A stretch of DNA of 64,000 nucleotides. It comes from an uncultured Actinomycetes bacterium. Its GTDB lineage: Bacteria; Actinomycetota; UBA4738; HRBIN12. Numbering within the stretch: position 1 is the stretch's first letter; the number at the start of each line of letters is the position of its first letter. This document shows, piece by piece, positions 9,582 to 18,743 of this stretch. The translations under genes and the position numbers were made by a program. The stretch covers positions 57,002 through 121,001 of the forward strand of contig CAWEPH010000002.1 of assembly GCA_963810915.1 (NCBI GenBank), written 5' to 3'. The notes beneath the pieces are model-generated. The model was not told where the DNA came from, did no database searches, and saw nothing but the letters and a program-made list of their open reading frames with translations.

Positions 9582-10220
9582 TCAGCGAGGGACCCAGCAG
9601 GCGATCGCCAGACGGTTCGTGCTATAGAAGCGAGTCCGCGAAGGACATCGGCGCCGGGCCAAGCGCCCTCGGATCCAGGGCCCGGAGTGGGTCGTCGGGA
9701 GGAGGATCTGCTCGATCACGACGGCGTTGTCCGTCGGTCGACAGCCGGCGTCTGCCCTCCAGGTGAGGCTGTTCCCGTGGATCCTGCCGCAGTCACCCGC
9801 CCCCGGCCCCCACGGATCCGTCGCCACGCCGACGATCGTCTTCACGTGCACCGGACTGGCCGCAGGATCGCCGGGAGCATAGGTCGGGACCTCTGGCGCC
9901 GAGGAACCTCCCGTGTACGCACGGGATGATCCGTACGCGGCCACACCGATCGTGAGGACCAGGAGCACGAGGTTCAAGCCGCCGAAGACCACGAGGAACG
10001 TGGGCTCGGGTTTCTCTCCACGCCGCCAGGCCCGATAGCGGGCCAAGGCGAACCAACCGGGGATCGTGAGTAGGTAGAAGAACGCGCAGACGACGCCCGT
10101 GATGGCGAGGAGCCTCTTCCAATCGGGGGTGTCCGTCACCGCTCGCGACTCGGGCCGCGGCACGGGACTTTCCGGCAGGATGGGAGGCGGAGGCGGCATG
10201 AATCGACCGGCCGAAGACAT
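9582..10220 (-). CDS. Hypothetical membrane protein with Pro-rich N-terminus
   Basis: MSSAGRFMPPPPP, two TM segments and a Cys-containing external part; C-terminus may be frameshifted. Confidence 0.55.
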   Translation of the reverse strand: MSSAGRFMPPPPPILPESPVPRPESRAVTDTPDWKRLLAITGVVCAFFYLLTIPGWFALARYRAWRRGEKPEPTFLVVFGGLNLVLLVLTIGVAAYGSSRAYTGGSSAPEVPTYAPGDPAASPVHVKTIVGVATDPWGPGAGDCGRIHGNSLTWRADAGCRPTDNAVVIEQILLPTTHSGPWIRGRLARRRCPSRTRFYSTNRLAIACWVPR

Positions 10221-10354
10221 CGGATAGCATTGTGACACAACCCCTCCCCGGCGCGGTCCCGGATCGGTCGCGAGACTTTCGTTTCCGAGACCGCTCATAC
10301 TCGTCGTTTGACCGACGGGCATCGCCCCGAGCACCGAGCGAAAGGGAGGTCTCC

Positions 10355-10879
10355 ATGAGACGGACCAGAACACTGATCGCCGGAATCGTCATCGCGATCG
10401 TCGTGATCGGAGCCTTGCCGGCGGCGCTCGCCACACTGCACGTCACGCGGGCGCCGCTCGCGGACTGCACGCGGAACCAGCTCGGCGTTCGGCCCAACGG
10501 CACCGAGGGCGCCGCCGGCACGATCTACGGCGCCTGGGTGTTCACGAACCTGTCGAAGACGACGTGCAAGCTCAACGGCTACCCGGACATCCGGCTGTTC
10601 GGCAAGCAAGGGCGACCGATCACCACCCACGTGCAGACGGATCTCAAGCCCGCTCCCACCAACGTGCGGCTCGCGTCCGGCGACTCCGCCACGTTCCGCA
10701 CGAGCTACAGCGACGTCTCCTCCGGGGGCCGGTGCCCGACATCGAGCGTCGCGCAGATCACGCCGCCGAACGCCGCCGCGCCCCTGTTCATCCCGGCCGT
10801 GCTTGCAGCCGTGCGATGGCGTGGTGCATGTCTCGGCCGTGCGCCCCGGGGTGCATCACCGATGATCGAGTCGGGCTAG
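10355..10879 (+). CDS. Secreted DUF4232-like protein
   Basis: SD GGGAGGT, signal peptide, C...L...EGAAG...FTN...C.L.GYP...ITPP pattern; probable indel near 10808 (expected end CDGVVHVSAV). Confidence 0.8.
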   Translation: MRRTRTLIAGIVIAIVVIGALPAALATLHVTRAPLADCTRNQLGVRPNGTEGAAGTIYGAWVFTNLSKTTCKLNGYPDIRLFGKQGRPITTHVQTDLKPAPTNVRLASGDSATFRTSYSDVSSGGRCPTSSVAQITPPNAAAPLFIPAVLAAVRWRGACLGRAPRGASPMIESG

Positions 10880-10980
10880 ATCCAGACGCGCGTCTGCGGG
10901 TCGATCGTGCGAACCGGATGTTGAAGGGCTGCGTTCAGATGAACTAGGTTGAGCCGATCCCGATCGGAAAGGGCGACTCC

Positions 10981-11307
10981 ATGCTCGCGTTCGCGGCTCC
11001 ATTGGTGCCAGGGAAAGACGACGACTTCAAGACGTTCGCGGGCGATCTGCATGCGTCGCGCGCGGCGGACTTCGCCGCCCTGAACGAACGCCACGGCCTG
11101 ACGATGCATCAGGCCTGGCTGCAGCCGAACCCGGACGGCAGCAAACTCGTCGTCGTCGTGCTCGACGGTGATGGTGCCAAAGGGTTCTTCGCAGCGATCG
11201 CGAAGAGCGACGACCCCGACGACCAGTGGTTCCGGGATGTCATCTCGAACGTGCACGGGTTCGATCTCTCGCAGCCTCCTCCCCCGCCGAACGAACGCGT
11301 CGTGTAG
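10981..11307 (+). CDS. Hypothetical protein (possible alpha+beta barrel)
   Basis: SD GAAAGGG, GC3-rich codons, 108 aa. Confidence 0.75.
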   Translation: MLAFAAPLVPGKDDDFKTFAGDLHASRAADFAALNERHGLTMHQAWLQPNPDGSKLVVVVLDGDGAKGFFAAIAKSDDPDDQWFRDVISNVHGFDLSQPPPPPNERVV

Positions 11308-11327
11308 CGCGCGCGGCGATCCCGAGC

Positions 11328-11882
11328 GTGCGGGGCCTGAGGATCGATGAGTCGTTCGTGCTCCGGTGGAGCGACCGGTACCTCGAGGACGTCTCGGAGG
11401 CCGATGCCGCGTTCGAGGAACACCTCTTCTCGGACGTGTCCGCGGCCGTGCGGGCCCGCGGCCACCTCACGCGCGGGGAGTTCCTGACGATCGCCACGTG
11501 GAAGTCGGCGCGCGCTCGCTCACGCCTCGAGCGGAACGACGCGCGACGCGTCCGAGCGATCACGTCGCGCGCGTTCGCGCCGGACGCCGTCGAACGAGCG
11601 TCGGTGCTGACCTCGCTCTCCGGCGTGGGCGAGCCCATCGCGTCGGCGATCCTCGCCGTGTGGGATCCGCGCCGCTACACGGTCTTCGACTGGCGCGCGA
11701 CCGAGACCCTGCAGGCCGCGGGGCTGTTCCGTCCGAGCGGAGGACACGTCACCTTGGGGCTGTACCTCGCGGTGTGTCGCGAGCTCGCCGACGGGCTCGA
11801 CATGCCCGACGCGGGCGTCCCGACCCTGCGGCTCCTCGACCGCGCGCTCTGGGCGTACAGCGCACACGGAGCTGCCAGGTAG
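11328..11882 (+). CDS. Helix-hairpin-helix (HhH-GPD-like) hypothetical protein
   Basis: IATWKS, LTSLSGVGEPIASAIL (HhH), YTVFDWRA, LRLLDRALW. Confidence 0.7.
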   Translation: MRGLRIDESFVLRWSDRYLEDVSEADAAFEEHLFSDVSAAVRARGHLTRGEFLTIATWKSARARSRLERNDARRVRAITSRAFAPDAVERASVLTSLSGVGEPIASAILAVWDPRRYTVFDWRATETLQAAGLFRPSGGHVTLGLYLAVCRELADGLDMPDAGVPTLRLLDRALWAYSAHGAAR

Positions 11883-11892
11883 CATCGACCCC

Positions 11893-13311
11893 GTGGACCG
11901 TCCCGATCCCGCCGAGATCGACGCCGTCATCGAGCTCACCGCGCGCGAGGCCGCCGCGTACCTGAAGGGCATCGCCGATCGACCGGTGCGCGATCCTCGG
12001 GCCGACGAGGTCGCCGCGGGGTTCGGCGGCCCGCTCCCCGAGCAGGGCATCGGCGCCGTCGGCGCGCTCGAGGAGCTGCTCGGCGGCATCGACGGCGCGG
12101 TGCACTCCGCGGGTCCCAAGTTCTTCCACTTCGTCGACGGCGGGACGACGCCCGCCGCGCTCGGGGCGGACTGGCTCACCTCGGCGCTCGACCAGAACCC
12201 CGGCGCCTGGGTCTCCTCCCCCCTCGCCGGTCGGCTCGAGCAGGTGGCGATCGAATGGCTCAAGGAGCTGTTCGGCCTGCCGGCTACGTGGGGCGGCGTG
12301 CTCACGACCGGCGCGACGATGGCCAACTTCGTGGCCCTCGCGTGCGCGCGACGATGGTGCGCCGAGCGGGCCGGCGTCGACGTCGACGAGCTCGGCCTGG
12401 CCGCGGCGCCGCCGATCACGGTGTTCGGGAGCGGGTACACCCACCCGAGCGACGTCAAGGCGCTCGGGATGCTGGGGGTCGGGCGCGCGAACGTGCGCAA
12501 GCTGAGCCGCGACGCCGTGGGACGCGTCGACCTCGCCGCGATGGAGGCGGCGCTCGCCGCGCTGGACGGCGCGCCCGCGATCGTGATCGGCAGCGCGGGC
12601 GAGGTGAACGCCGGCGACTTCGACCCGCTCGTCGAGATGGCGGAGCTCGCCGCGCGCCACGGGGCCTGGTTCCACGTGGACGGCGCCTTCGGGCTGTTCG
12701 CCGCGCTCTCGCCGCGGACCGCGCACCTGGTGGAGGGCGTCGAGCGCGCCGACTCGGTGATCGCCGACGGCCACAAGTGGCTGAACGTGCCCTACGAGAA
12801 CGGGTTCGCGTTCGTGCGCGACCCGAAGCTGCTCCCGGCGGTCTTCGGCTCCGGCGCCGCCTATCTCCCCGACATCGACGAGCCCCAGCCGAACTGGGGC
12901 TACCTCGGTCCGGAGATGTCGCGACGGGCGCGCGCGTTCCCGGTCTGGGCGACGCTGCGCGCCTACGGGCGCGAGGGACATCGCGCGATCGTCGAGCACG
13001 ACCTGGATCTCGCGCAGCGCCTGGCGGCGGCCGTGGACGCGGCGCCCGACCTCGAGCGCCTGGCGGAGGTGCCGCTGAACATCGTCTGCTTCCGCTACCG
13101 GCCGCCCGGATCGACGGACGGTCCCGAGCTCGACGACCTGAACCGGCGGATCGGCGAGGCGGCGCTCGAGGACGGCCGCGTCTTCTTCGGTTCCACCGAC
13201 TACGGCGGCCGGGTGGCGTTCCGTCCGGCGCTCGTGAACTGGCGGACCCGCGAGGAAGACGTGGACCTGGTGCCCCAGGTCGTCCGCGAGCTCGGCGCGA
13301 AGCTCGCGTAG
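11893..13311 (+). CDS. Group II PLP-dependent amino-acid decarboxylase
   Basis: GVLTTGATMAN, WFHVDGAFG, DGHKWLNVPY (PLP lysine), EMSRRAR, NIVCFRY. Confidence 0.95.
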   Translation: MDRPDPAEIDAVIELTAREAAAYLKGIADRPVRDPRADEVAAGFGGPLPEQGIGAVGALEELLGGIDGAVHSAGPKFFHFVDGGTTPAALGADWLTSALDQNPGAWVSSPLAGRLEQVAIEWLKELFGLPATWGGVLTTGATMANFVALACARRWCAERAGVDVDELGLAAAPPITVFGSGYTHPSDVKALGMLGVGRANVRKLSRDAVGRVDLAAMEAALAALDGAPAIVIGSAGEVNAGDFDPLVEMAELAARHGAWFHVDGAFGLFAALSPRTAHLVEGVERADSVIADGHKWLNVPYENGFAFVRDPKLLPAVFGSGAAYLPDIDEPQPNWGYLGPEMSRRARAFPVWATLRAYGREGHRAIVEHDLDLAQRLAAAVDAAPDLERLAEVPLNIVCFRYRPPGSTDGPELDDLNRRIGEAALEDGRVFFGSTDYGGRVAFRPALVNWRTREEDVDLVPQVVRELGAKLA

Positions 13312-13331
13312 GAACCCGCCCACCTCCGTTG

Positions 13332-13360
13332 TTGCCTTAGCGCCCGACCTGCCGCACCAT
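13332..13360 (+). promoter_or_regulatory. Putative sigma70-type promoter for the intergenic RNA/mini-ORF
   Basis: TTGCCT (13332-13337), 17-nt spacer, CACCAT (13355-13360); predicted start near 13367. Confidence 0.45.
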
Positions 13361-13391
13361 GTCGGGTACGAGAGGAAGGAGGTGGTCCAAC

Positions 13392-13433
13392 TTGCATGAA
13401 CAGCAGGAGACCCTCGAGGTGACTGGCTGTTAG
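13392..13433 (+). CDS. Mini-ORF, 13 aa MHEQQETLEVTGC
   Basis: TTG start directly after an extended SD, TAG stop inside a small hairpin; alternative ATG 13396-13422 gives MNSRRPSR. Confidence 0.4.
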   Translation: MHEQQETLEVTGC

Positions 13434-13582
13434 CCGTCCCTCGCGGGCCAGGGCCACCCGCCCAGCCCGCTTGCCGGGCGACCGGCAGAATCCACACCAG
13501 CTCACCGACCTCACGGGTTCCGGCTGGTCTACCGGACGAAGCCTCCTCGGAGGCCGAAGTATCCGTGAGGCTGATAGGCAGC

Positions 13583-13617
13583 GAACGGGTCGGGTCCGAC
13601 ACGGACCCGGCCCGTTC
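13583..13617. terminator. 16-bp hairpin, probable bidirectional terminator
   Basis: GAACGGGTCGGGTCCG-ACA-CGGACCCGGCCCGTTC, 3 nt from the convergent stop at 13620. Confidence 0.75.
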
Positions 13618-13619
13618 CG

Positions 13620-14273
13620 CTACCCGATCGGGTCGCCGCCGGGGGGGATCGGCGACGAACCGGCCATCGAGGGAGCGCTCCGGGCGTCGGCGACGCGACG
13701 CGCCCGCCGGGAGCGCACCTGTAGGACGACGAGGAACGTGGACGCCGCGATCGCCGCGTCCACCCAGATCACCCGCCTGAGGTTGACAAGGGCCGCGAGC
13801 GTCCTCTGGATCAGGGCCAGCCGCGGGCTCGTCGGCATCAGCTGCTCGTGCTCATCGATCCAGACGTAGGCGGGGACGAACACCCACTGCGTCAATACGG
13901 CCGCGAGGAGCAGCATCACGACGGCACCGGCTATCAGGGCCCGCACCTCGGCGGTGGTCAAGGGGCGCACCTCGATCCACGACAGGAGTCCTACCGCCGC
14001 ACCAGCCACCCATGCGAGTCCGGCGACGACGCATCCGAGCGTGATCGAATCGACGGTCGCGACGGGCCCGCCGCCTCCGCCGGCCAGCGTGCCCCCTACC
14101 AGCCCGGCGAGCCCAAGGAGCCCCGCGAGGCCGATCGTCTTGGCCGATCCGTAGCCTGTCCACCCGGAGAGCATCAACCCGAGCGCCACCACGAACCAGC
14201 CCAGCACGAGGAAGAGCGAGACGAAGAAGAGGTGATCCCCCGAGGCGACGGCGCCCGCTGCGAAGAGCATCAA
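13620..14273 (-). CDS. Hypothetical multi-pass membrane protein
   Basis: About 5 hydrophobic segments; SD GAGGAAGG upstream. Confidence 0.65.
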   Translation of the reverse strand: MMLFAAGAVASGDHLFFVSLFLVLGWFVVALGLMLSGWTGYGSAKTIGLAGLLGLAGLVGGTLAGGGGGPVATVDSITLGCVVAGLAWVAGAAVGLLSWIEVRPLTTAEVRALIAGAVVMLLLAAVLTQWVFVPAYVWIDEHEQLMPTSPRLALIQRTLAALVNLRRVIWVDAAIAASTFLVVLQVRSRRARRVADARSAPSMAGSSPIPPGGDPIG

Positions 14274-14365
14274 CGGCAGCCTTCCTCACCGAGCGGTTGC
14301 GGGGGAAGGGCATCCACGCGAGCACCACGCAACCGTCACGGTCCCGCCACAAGTGACCGGTGTGA

Positions 14366-15571
14366 CTACCCCAGGTACCGCACGACGTACCGGCCGCCCG
14401 AGACGACGATCTTCCCGTGCGCGACGCGGACATCTGTGGCCTGCCCCGGCGCCCCCGCCGTGTGCGTGTAGCCGGTCCCCGCGAAGGTCGTGTCGCGCGC
14501 TCCCGACGACGTCAGTCGCTCCACCCCGAAGCAGTACCCGTGTTGACCGTCGTCGCAGTAGTCGTCGATGCCGACGATGACCGTCTTCCCGCCCTGCAGG
14601 GCGACGCCGAACGGGTAGGAATCGGAGGATCCCCCGCCCGCGTCGTCGCCGAAGTACACGTTGCCGTCGAACCCGGCGTCGAGCGTTCCCGCCGGCGTGA
14701 AGCGCGCGACGAAACTACCGTCGTGATCACAGAAGTCGCGGCAGATCTCGCCCACCATCGAGACCCGGCCGGTCGTGGCGGAGACCGCAACATCTGTCGC
14801 CGTCGACGAGTCGTGCTGCGTGGCCGCCGCGGGATCGAGCCATGCGTACCCGGCAGATCCGTAGCTCGTGTCGAGCGATCCGCTCGGGAGGTACCGACCC
14901 ACGACGGCGCTGTTCCAATCCGGGGTCGCGCTCGGGAGGGCGCTCCCGGCCACGTAAACGGAGGCCGGGGAGACGGCGAGGGCGGTGACCTGACCGCAGA
15001 CGCCGCCGCCACCGAGACAGATCGACGAGATCTTGAACGCGCTACCGGAAGGCGACACCTTGGCCAGGCCGGTCCTCCCCACCGCGAACGTCCTCCCGTG
15101 CGGATCGACATCCATATCGACCAGTGGGATCCCGGTGTCGACGACGCCGGCGTCGCCGAACGTCCGGTCGAGCGAGCCGTTCGCGTTCAGCCGTTCGATC
15201 TGGCCGCCCTGAACACCGACGAGGACCTTGCGACCGATGACGGCGAGGCCCACCACGCGACCGGTCCCGGGAAGGAATCGCTTGCCCCAGACGGGATCGA
15301 CCGCGCCGTCGGCCGTGAAGCGGACCACGACCGGGCCCTTGGCGGAGGGGCTGAAGCCGCCGAGCAGGACGCGGTCGCGCTCGTCCACCTGGACGGACGT
15401 GTCGGCGTGGCTGACGTGGAAGAAGACGATGGCCGGCGCCACGACACCGCTCCTCACGATCCCGTCGCCACCGAACGTGGTATCGAGGTCACCCGCTGCA
15501 GCCTGCGCCGTTCCGGGCGGGACGCAGAGCACCAAGGCCAGGGTCCCGATCAGTGCGAGACGTCGTTTCAC
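14366..15571 (-). CDS. Secreted delta-60 repeat (beta-propeller) protein
   Basis: Signal peptide MKRRLALIG...AQA and repeats GDLDTTFGGDG, NGSLDRTFGDAG, GSLDTSYGSAG, GTLDAGFDG, GARDTTFAGTG; SD GGAGG. Confidence 0.9.
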   Translation of the reverse strand: MKRRLALIGTLALVLCVPPGTAQAAAGDLDTTFGGDGIVRSGVVAPAIVFFHVSHADTSVQVDERDRVLLGGFSPSAKGPVVVRFTADGAVDPVWGKRFLPGTGRVVGLAVIGRKVLVGVQGGQIERLNANGSLDRTFGDAGVVDTGIPLVDMDVDPHGRTFAVGRTGLAKVSPSGSAFKISSICLGGGGVCGQVTALAVSPASVYVAGSALPSATPDWNSAVVGRYLPSGSLDTSYGSAGYAWLDPAAATQHDSSTATDVAVSATTGRVSMVGEICRDFCDHDGSFVARFTPAGTLDAGFDGNVYFGDDAGGGSSDSYPFGVALQGGKTVIVGIDDYCDDGQHGYCFGVERLTSSGARDTTFAGTGYTHTAGAPGQATDVRVAHGKIVVSGGRYVVRYLG

Positions 15572-15753
15572 GGACCCGCCTCCCTGCCGACACCCTAGAT
15601 CTCCCTCATCCCACCGCACGAGTCGGACGAATGGGGGGCCTCGGTTCTTGCCCGCGCCTGGGCCTCCCTTAGGGCGGCCCTTACCTTCGCGGGCGTGTGA
15701 TGGACCCCGGCGGCGCATCGGCCGTCGCGCGATCCGGCTTGGGAGGCGGCAGC

Positions 15754-16284
15754 ATGGTGCAGAAGCAGCAGGTCCGCAAGACGACCCCGGTCATCGAGAC
15801 GGTCCCCGAGGCGGTCCCCCAGGCGGGACCGGAGCAGCCGAGGGCGATGCCTTGGCTGATCGGCGCGCTGATCTTCACGACGTTGGCGTTCCTGGCGCTC
15901 GCCGGCTGGACGGCCTATCAGCGCTACCACCGGACGACCGCCGAGCACGTGGTCCAGAACGCGGTGACCGCGTGGGATGCGGCGACTCCGGCCGCGCTCG
16001 CCGACGCGTACGCGCCCGACGCCGTCGTGGTCGAGGCCGACGGCACGAGGGTGGTGGGCATCAAGGCCATCGTCACCGACGCGCGCGGCAAGGGACCGGC
16101 GTTCTCGTTGACGCAGGTGGGCGACATCGCCACCACACCCGACGGGGCGTTCACGACGTTCGCCTACCGCTACACGGGCCACGGCCGAGGCTCCGGCATC
16201 GCGGTGGTGAAGATCGCGAGCGGCAAGATCGTCCGCCAATGGAACTTCGAGTCGGGCACGGTTCCCGCTCCATCGACGAAGTGA
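15754..16284 (+). CDS. Membrane-anchored SnoaL/NTF2-like protein
   Basis: SD GGAGG, one TM, then AW...ALADAYAPDAVV...G...I and SGKIVRQW. Confidence 0.75.
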   Translation: MVQKQQVRKTTPVIETVPEAVPQAGPEQPRAMPWLIGALIFTTLAFLALAGWTAYQRYHRTTAEHVVQNAVTAWDAATPAALADAYAPDAVVVEADGTRVVGIKAIVTDARGKGPAFSLTQVGDIATTPDGAFTTFAYRYTGHGRGSGIAVVKIASGKIVRQWNFESGTVPAPSTK

Positions 16285-16349
16285 CCGGGACATGCCCTCA
16301 CGCAACCGGGGGATGACCGTGCACGAACGGCGCATGGCATCATCGGGCG

Positions 16350-16865
16350 ATGACTGCTCCCAAGAAGCCCAAGGTGAACAAGGCGGGCCGACTGAGCGCC
16401 GGGATCCTCCTGTGGCGCCGGCGCGACGGACGCCTCGAGGTCCTCCTCGGTCATCCCGGCAGCCCGTACTTCGCGCGGAAGAACGACGACGACGATTGGA
16501 CCGTGCTGAAGGGCGAGGTCGAGCCCGGTGAGGAACTGATCGACGTCGCGCGGCGCGAGTTCGCGGAGGAGGCGGGACATCCGATCGACGCCGACGCCCT
16601 CACGATCGAGCTGGGCGACATCCGTCAGAAGTCGGGGAAGCGCGTGGTCGCGTGGGCGGTCGAGGGCGACCTGGACCCCGCGACCGCGGTGAGCAACACG
16701 TTCGAGATGGAATGGCCGCCTCGGTCGGGGAAGATGCAGACATTCCCGGAGATCGATCGCGTGGCGTGGTTCGGGTTGAAGGTGGCACGGGTCAAGATCA
16801 AGGCAGCGCAGGCGGCGTTCCTCGACCGCCTCGAGGCGGCCGTGGCGGCGCGAGGCACCGACTGA
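16350..16865 (+). CDS. NUDIX hydrolase
   Basis: Nudix box GEVEPGEELIDVARREFAEEAG; SAGILL, EWPPRSG, FPEIDR. Confidence 0.92.
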   Translation: MTAPKKPKVNKAGRLSAGILLWRRRDGRLEVLLGHPGSPYFARKNDDDDWTVLKGEVEPGEELIDVARREFAEEAGHPIDADALTIELGDIRQKSGKRVVAWAVEGDLDPATAVSNTFEMEWPPRSGKMQTFPEIDRVAWFGLKVARVKIKAAQAAFLDRLEAAVAARGTD

Positions 16866-16876
16866 GGGAAGCCGAC

Positions 16877-17623
16877 CTACCGTCCCCGCAGGAGCGCGAG
16901 GAGCCTGAGCACCTCGAGGTAGAGCCAGACCAGCGTGGTCAGGAGCCCGAATGCTCCGAACCACGCCATGACCTTCGGCGCCCCGCTCGTCACCCCGCCT
17001 TCGATGAACGCGAAGTCGATCAGCAGGTTCGCGGCCGCGAGCAGACAGATGCCGACGCTGATCGCGATCCCGACGGCGTTGGGCTGCGTCCAGAACAGCA
17101 GGTCGACCCCGAAGATGCTGAAGAGCCACCCCACCAGGTACATCAGCGCGATCCCGGCCGTGGCGATCACGACGATCTTGACGAACCTGCCGGTCACCCG
17201 GATCGCCCGCGATGCATAGAGGAGGAGGGCCGCCAGGAATGTGGTGACCGAGGCCAGCAGGGCTTGCCCAACGATGCCGTCGTAGTAGGTCTCGTAGAGG
17301 TGCGAGATCGAGCCCATCCAGAACCCCATCAGCACGCCGTAGAAGATCCCGGCGACCATGGCGAGCTTGGGGTTCTTCGCCGCCGCGATCGAGATCGCGA
17401 TGAGCAGGATGTAGCCGAGGAAGAACCACATGCCCGATGACGGCCGCTTGTCGGCGGCGGCCCGCCAGCCGAGCGCCGCGAACCCCACGGTGATGGCGAG
17501 GAGGAACAGCGTGCGCACCACGACGCTGCCGTAGGTCATGGTCTGGGTGACCTCGCGGCCGCCCGTCACTTCGCGTGCGGTGTCGGCCGAGAAGGATCGC
17601 TCGTTCAGGATCTGGGCGGACAT
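16877..17623 (-). CDS. Bax inhibitor-1/YccA family membrane protein
   Basis: Seven TM helices, [34 protein letters not shown]. Confidence 0.9.
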   Translation of the reverse strand: MSAQILNERSFSADTAREVTGGREVTQTMTYGSVVVRTLFLLAITVGFAALGWRAAADKRPSSGMWFFLGYILLIAISIAAAKNPKLAMVAGIFYGVLMGFWMGSISHLYETYYDGIVGQALLASVTTFLAALLLYASRAIRVTGRFVKIVVIATAGIALMYLVGWLFSIFGVDLLFWTQPNAVGIAISVGICLLAAANLLIDFAFIEGGVTSGAPKVMAWFGAFGLLTTLVWLYLEVLRLLALLRGR

Positions 17624-17707
17624 GGTGAGGGAGCCTACACGGCACCGGCCCTGCCGCTCGCGCGTTCTCGCTCACGGGTCCCATGCACGCCCGGCTATCC
17701 TTCGCCC

Positions 17708-18743
17708 GTGCGCATCGGGATCCACGTTCGCCACTGGGAGGGGACCCCGCACGACGTGGTGCCGCTCGCGCGCGAGGCGGAGCGCCTGGGTCTCGACTCC
17801 GTGTGGGCCTCGGAGACCTGGGGCTCCGACGCGATGGTGCTCGCCACGTGGATGGCGGCGCACACCGAGCGCATCGGGATCGGTGTCGGCGTGGCGCAGA
17901 TGCCCGCCCGCACCCCCGCCAACGCGGGGATGGCCGCTTGCACGATCGATCACCTGAGCGGCGGTCGCTTCCGCCTCGGCCTCGGCACGTCGGGGCCGCA
18001 GGTGGCCGAGGGCTGGCATGGCGTGGTCTTCGACGATCCCCTCGAGCGCACGCGCGCGTACGTCGACATCGTGCGCGCGGTCGTGGCGCGCGAGGCGCCC
18101 GTGGCCTACGACGGCCGCCACTACCGTCTGCCGGCGGCCGGAGGGACCGGGCTGGGGAAGCCGCTGAAGACCAACGTCAAGCCGCTCCGGTCCGCGATCC
18201 CCGTCTACCTCGCCGCGATGGGGCCGCGCAACGTCGCCCTCGCCGCCGAGATCGCCGACGGGTGGATGCCGATCCTCTTCTCGCCCGACCGGCCCGACGC
18301 GTTCGCGGAGCCGCTGCGTGACGGTGCGGCCCGGCGCGACCCGGCGCGGGGCGCGCTCGACGTGGCGCCGATGGTGTGGGTCGCGATCGACGACGACCTC
18401 GCGGCCTGCCGCGACGCGATGCGGGCCACGATCGCTCGCTACGTGGGCGCGTTCGGATCGAAGGAGGCCAACTTCTACAACGCCCTGGTGGCGCGCTATG
18501 GCTACGCGGCCGAGGCGGCACGCGTCCAGGAGCACTCCCTGGCCGGCGACACGCGCGGAGGCCACCGCGGCCGTGACCGACGCGATGGTGGACGAGCTCA
18601 CGCTCGTGGGACCCGTGGCGCGGGTGGCCGAGCGCCTGCAGGCCTATCGCGACGCGGGGGTCACGACGCTGCTCGCCCAGACCACGGACGTGGACACGAT
18701 CCGCGCGGTCGCCGAGGCGGCCGAGCGAGGAGGCGTCGCGTGA
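17708..18743 (+). CDS. LLM class (probably F420-dependent) oxidoreductase (apparent frameshift near 18555)
   Basis: [49 protein letters not shown]; C-terminus [19 protein letters not shown] lies in another frame. Confidence 0.9.

Larger units (their letters stand above)
13367..13617 (+). ncRNA. Candidate structured RNA carrying a 17-nt 16S-complementary tract and a mini-ORF
   Basis: AGGAAGGAGGTGGTCCA (13373-13389); GCGA-tetraloop hairpin 13471-13488; three-way junction 13509-13570; terminal hairpin 13583-13617. Family not recognised. Confidence 0.55.

Noticed and set aside
13373-13389. Possible 16S rRNA gene remnant on the minus strand
   Set aside because: The similarity does not extend colinearly beyond 17 nt and both differences are wobble-compatible, which fits pairing with the rRNA better than descent from it.
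13537-13590. Possible hammerhead ribozyme (CTGATAG and CGAA motifs)
   Set aside because: The CUGANGA core is not matched, and the order of stems and GAAA does not fit any hammerhead topology.
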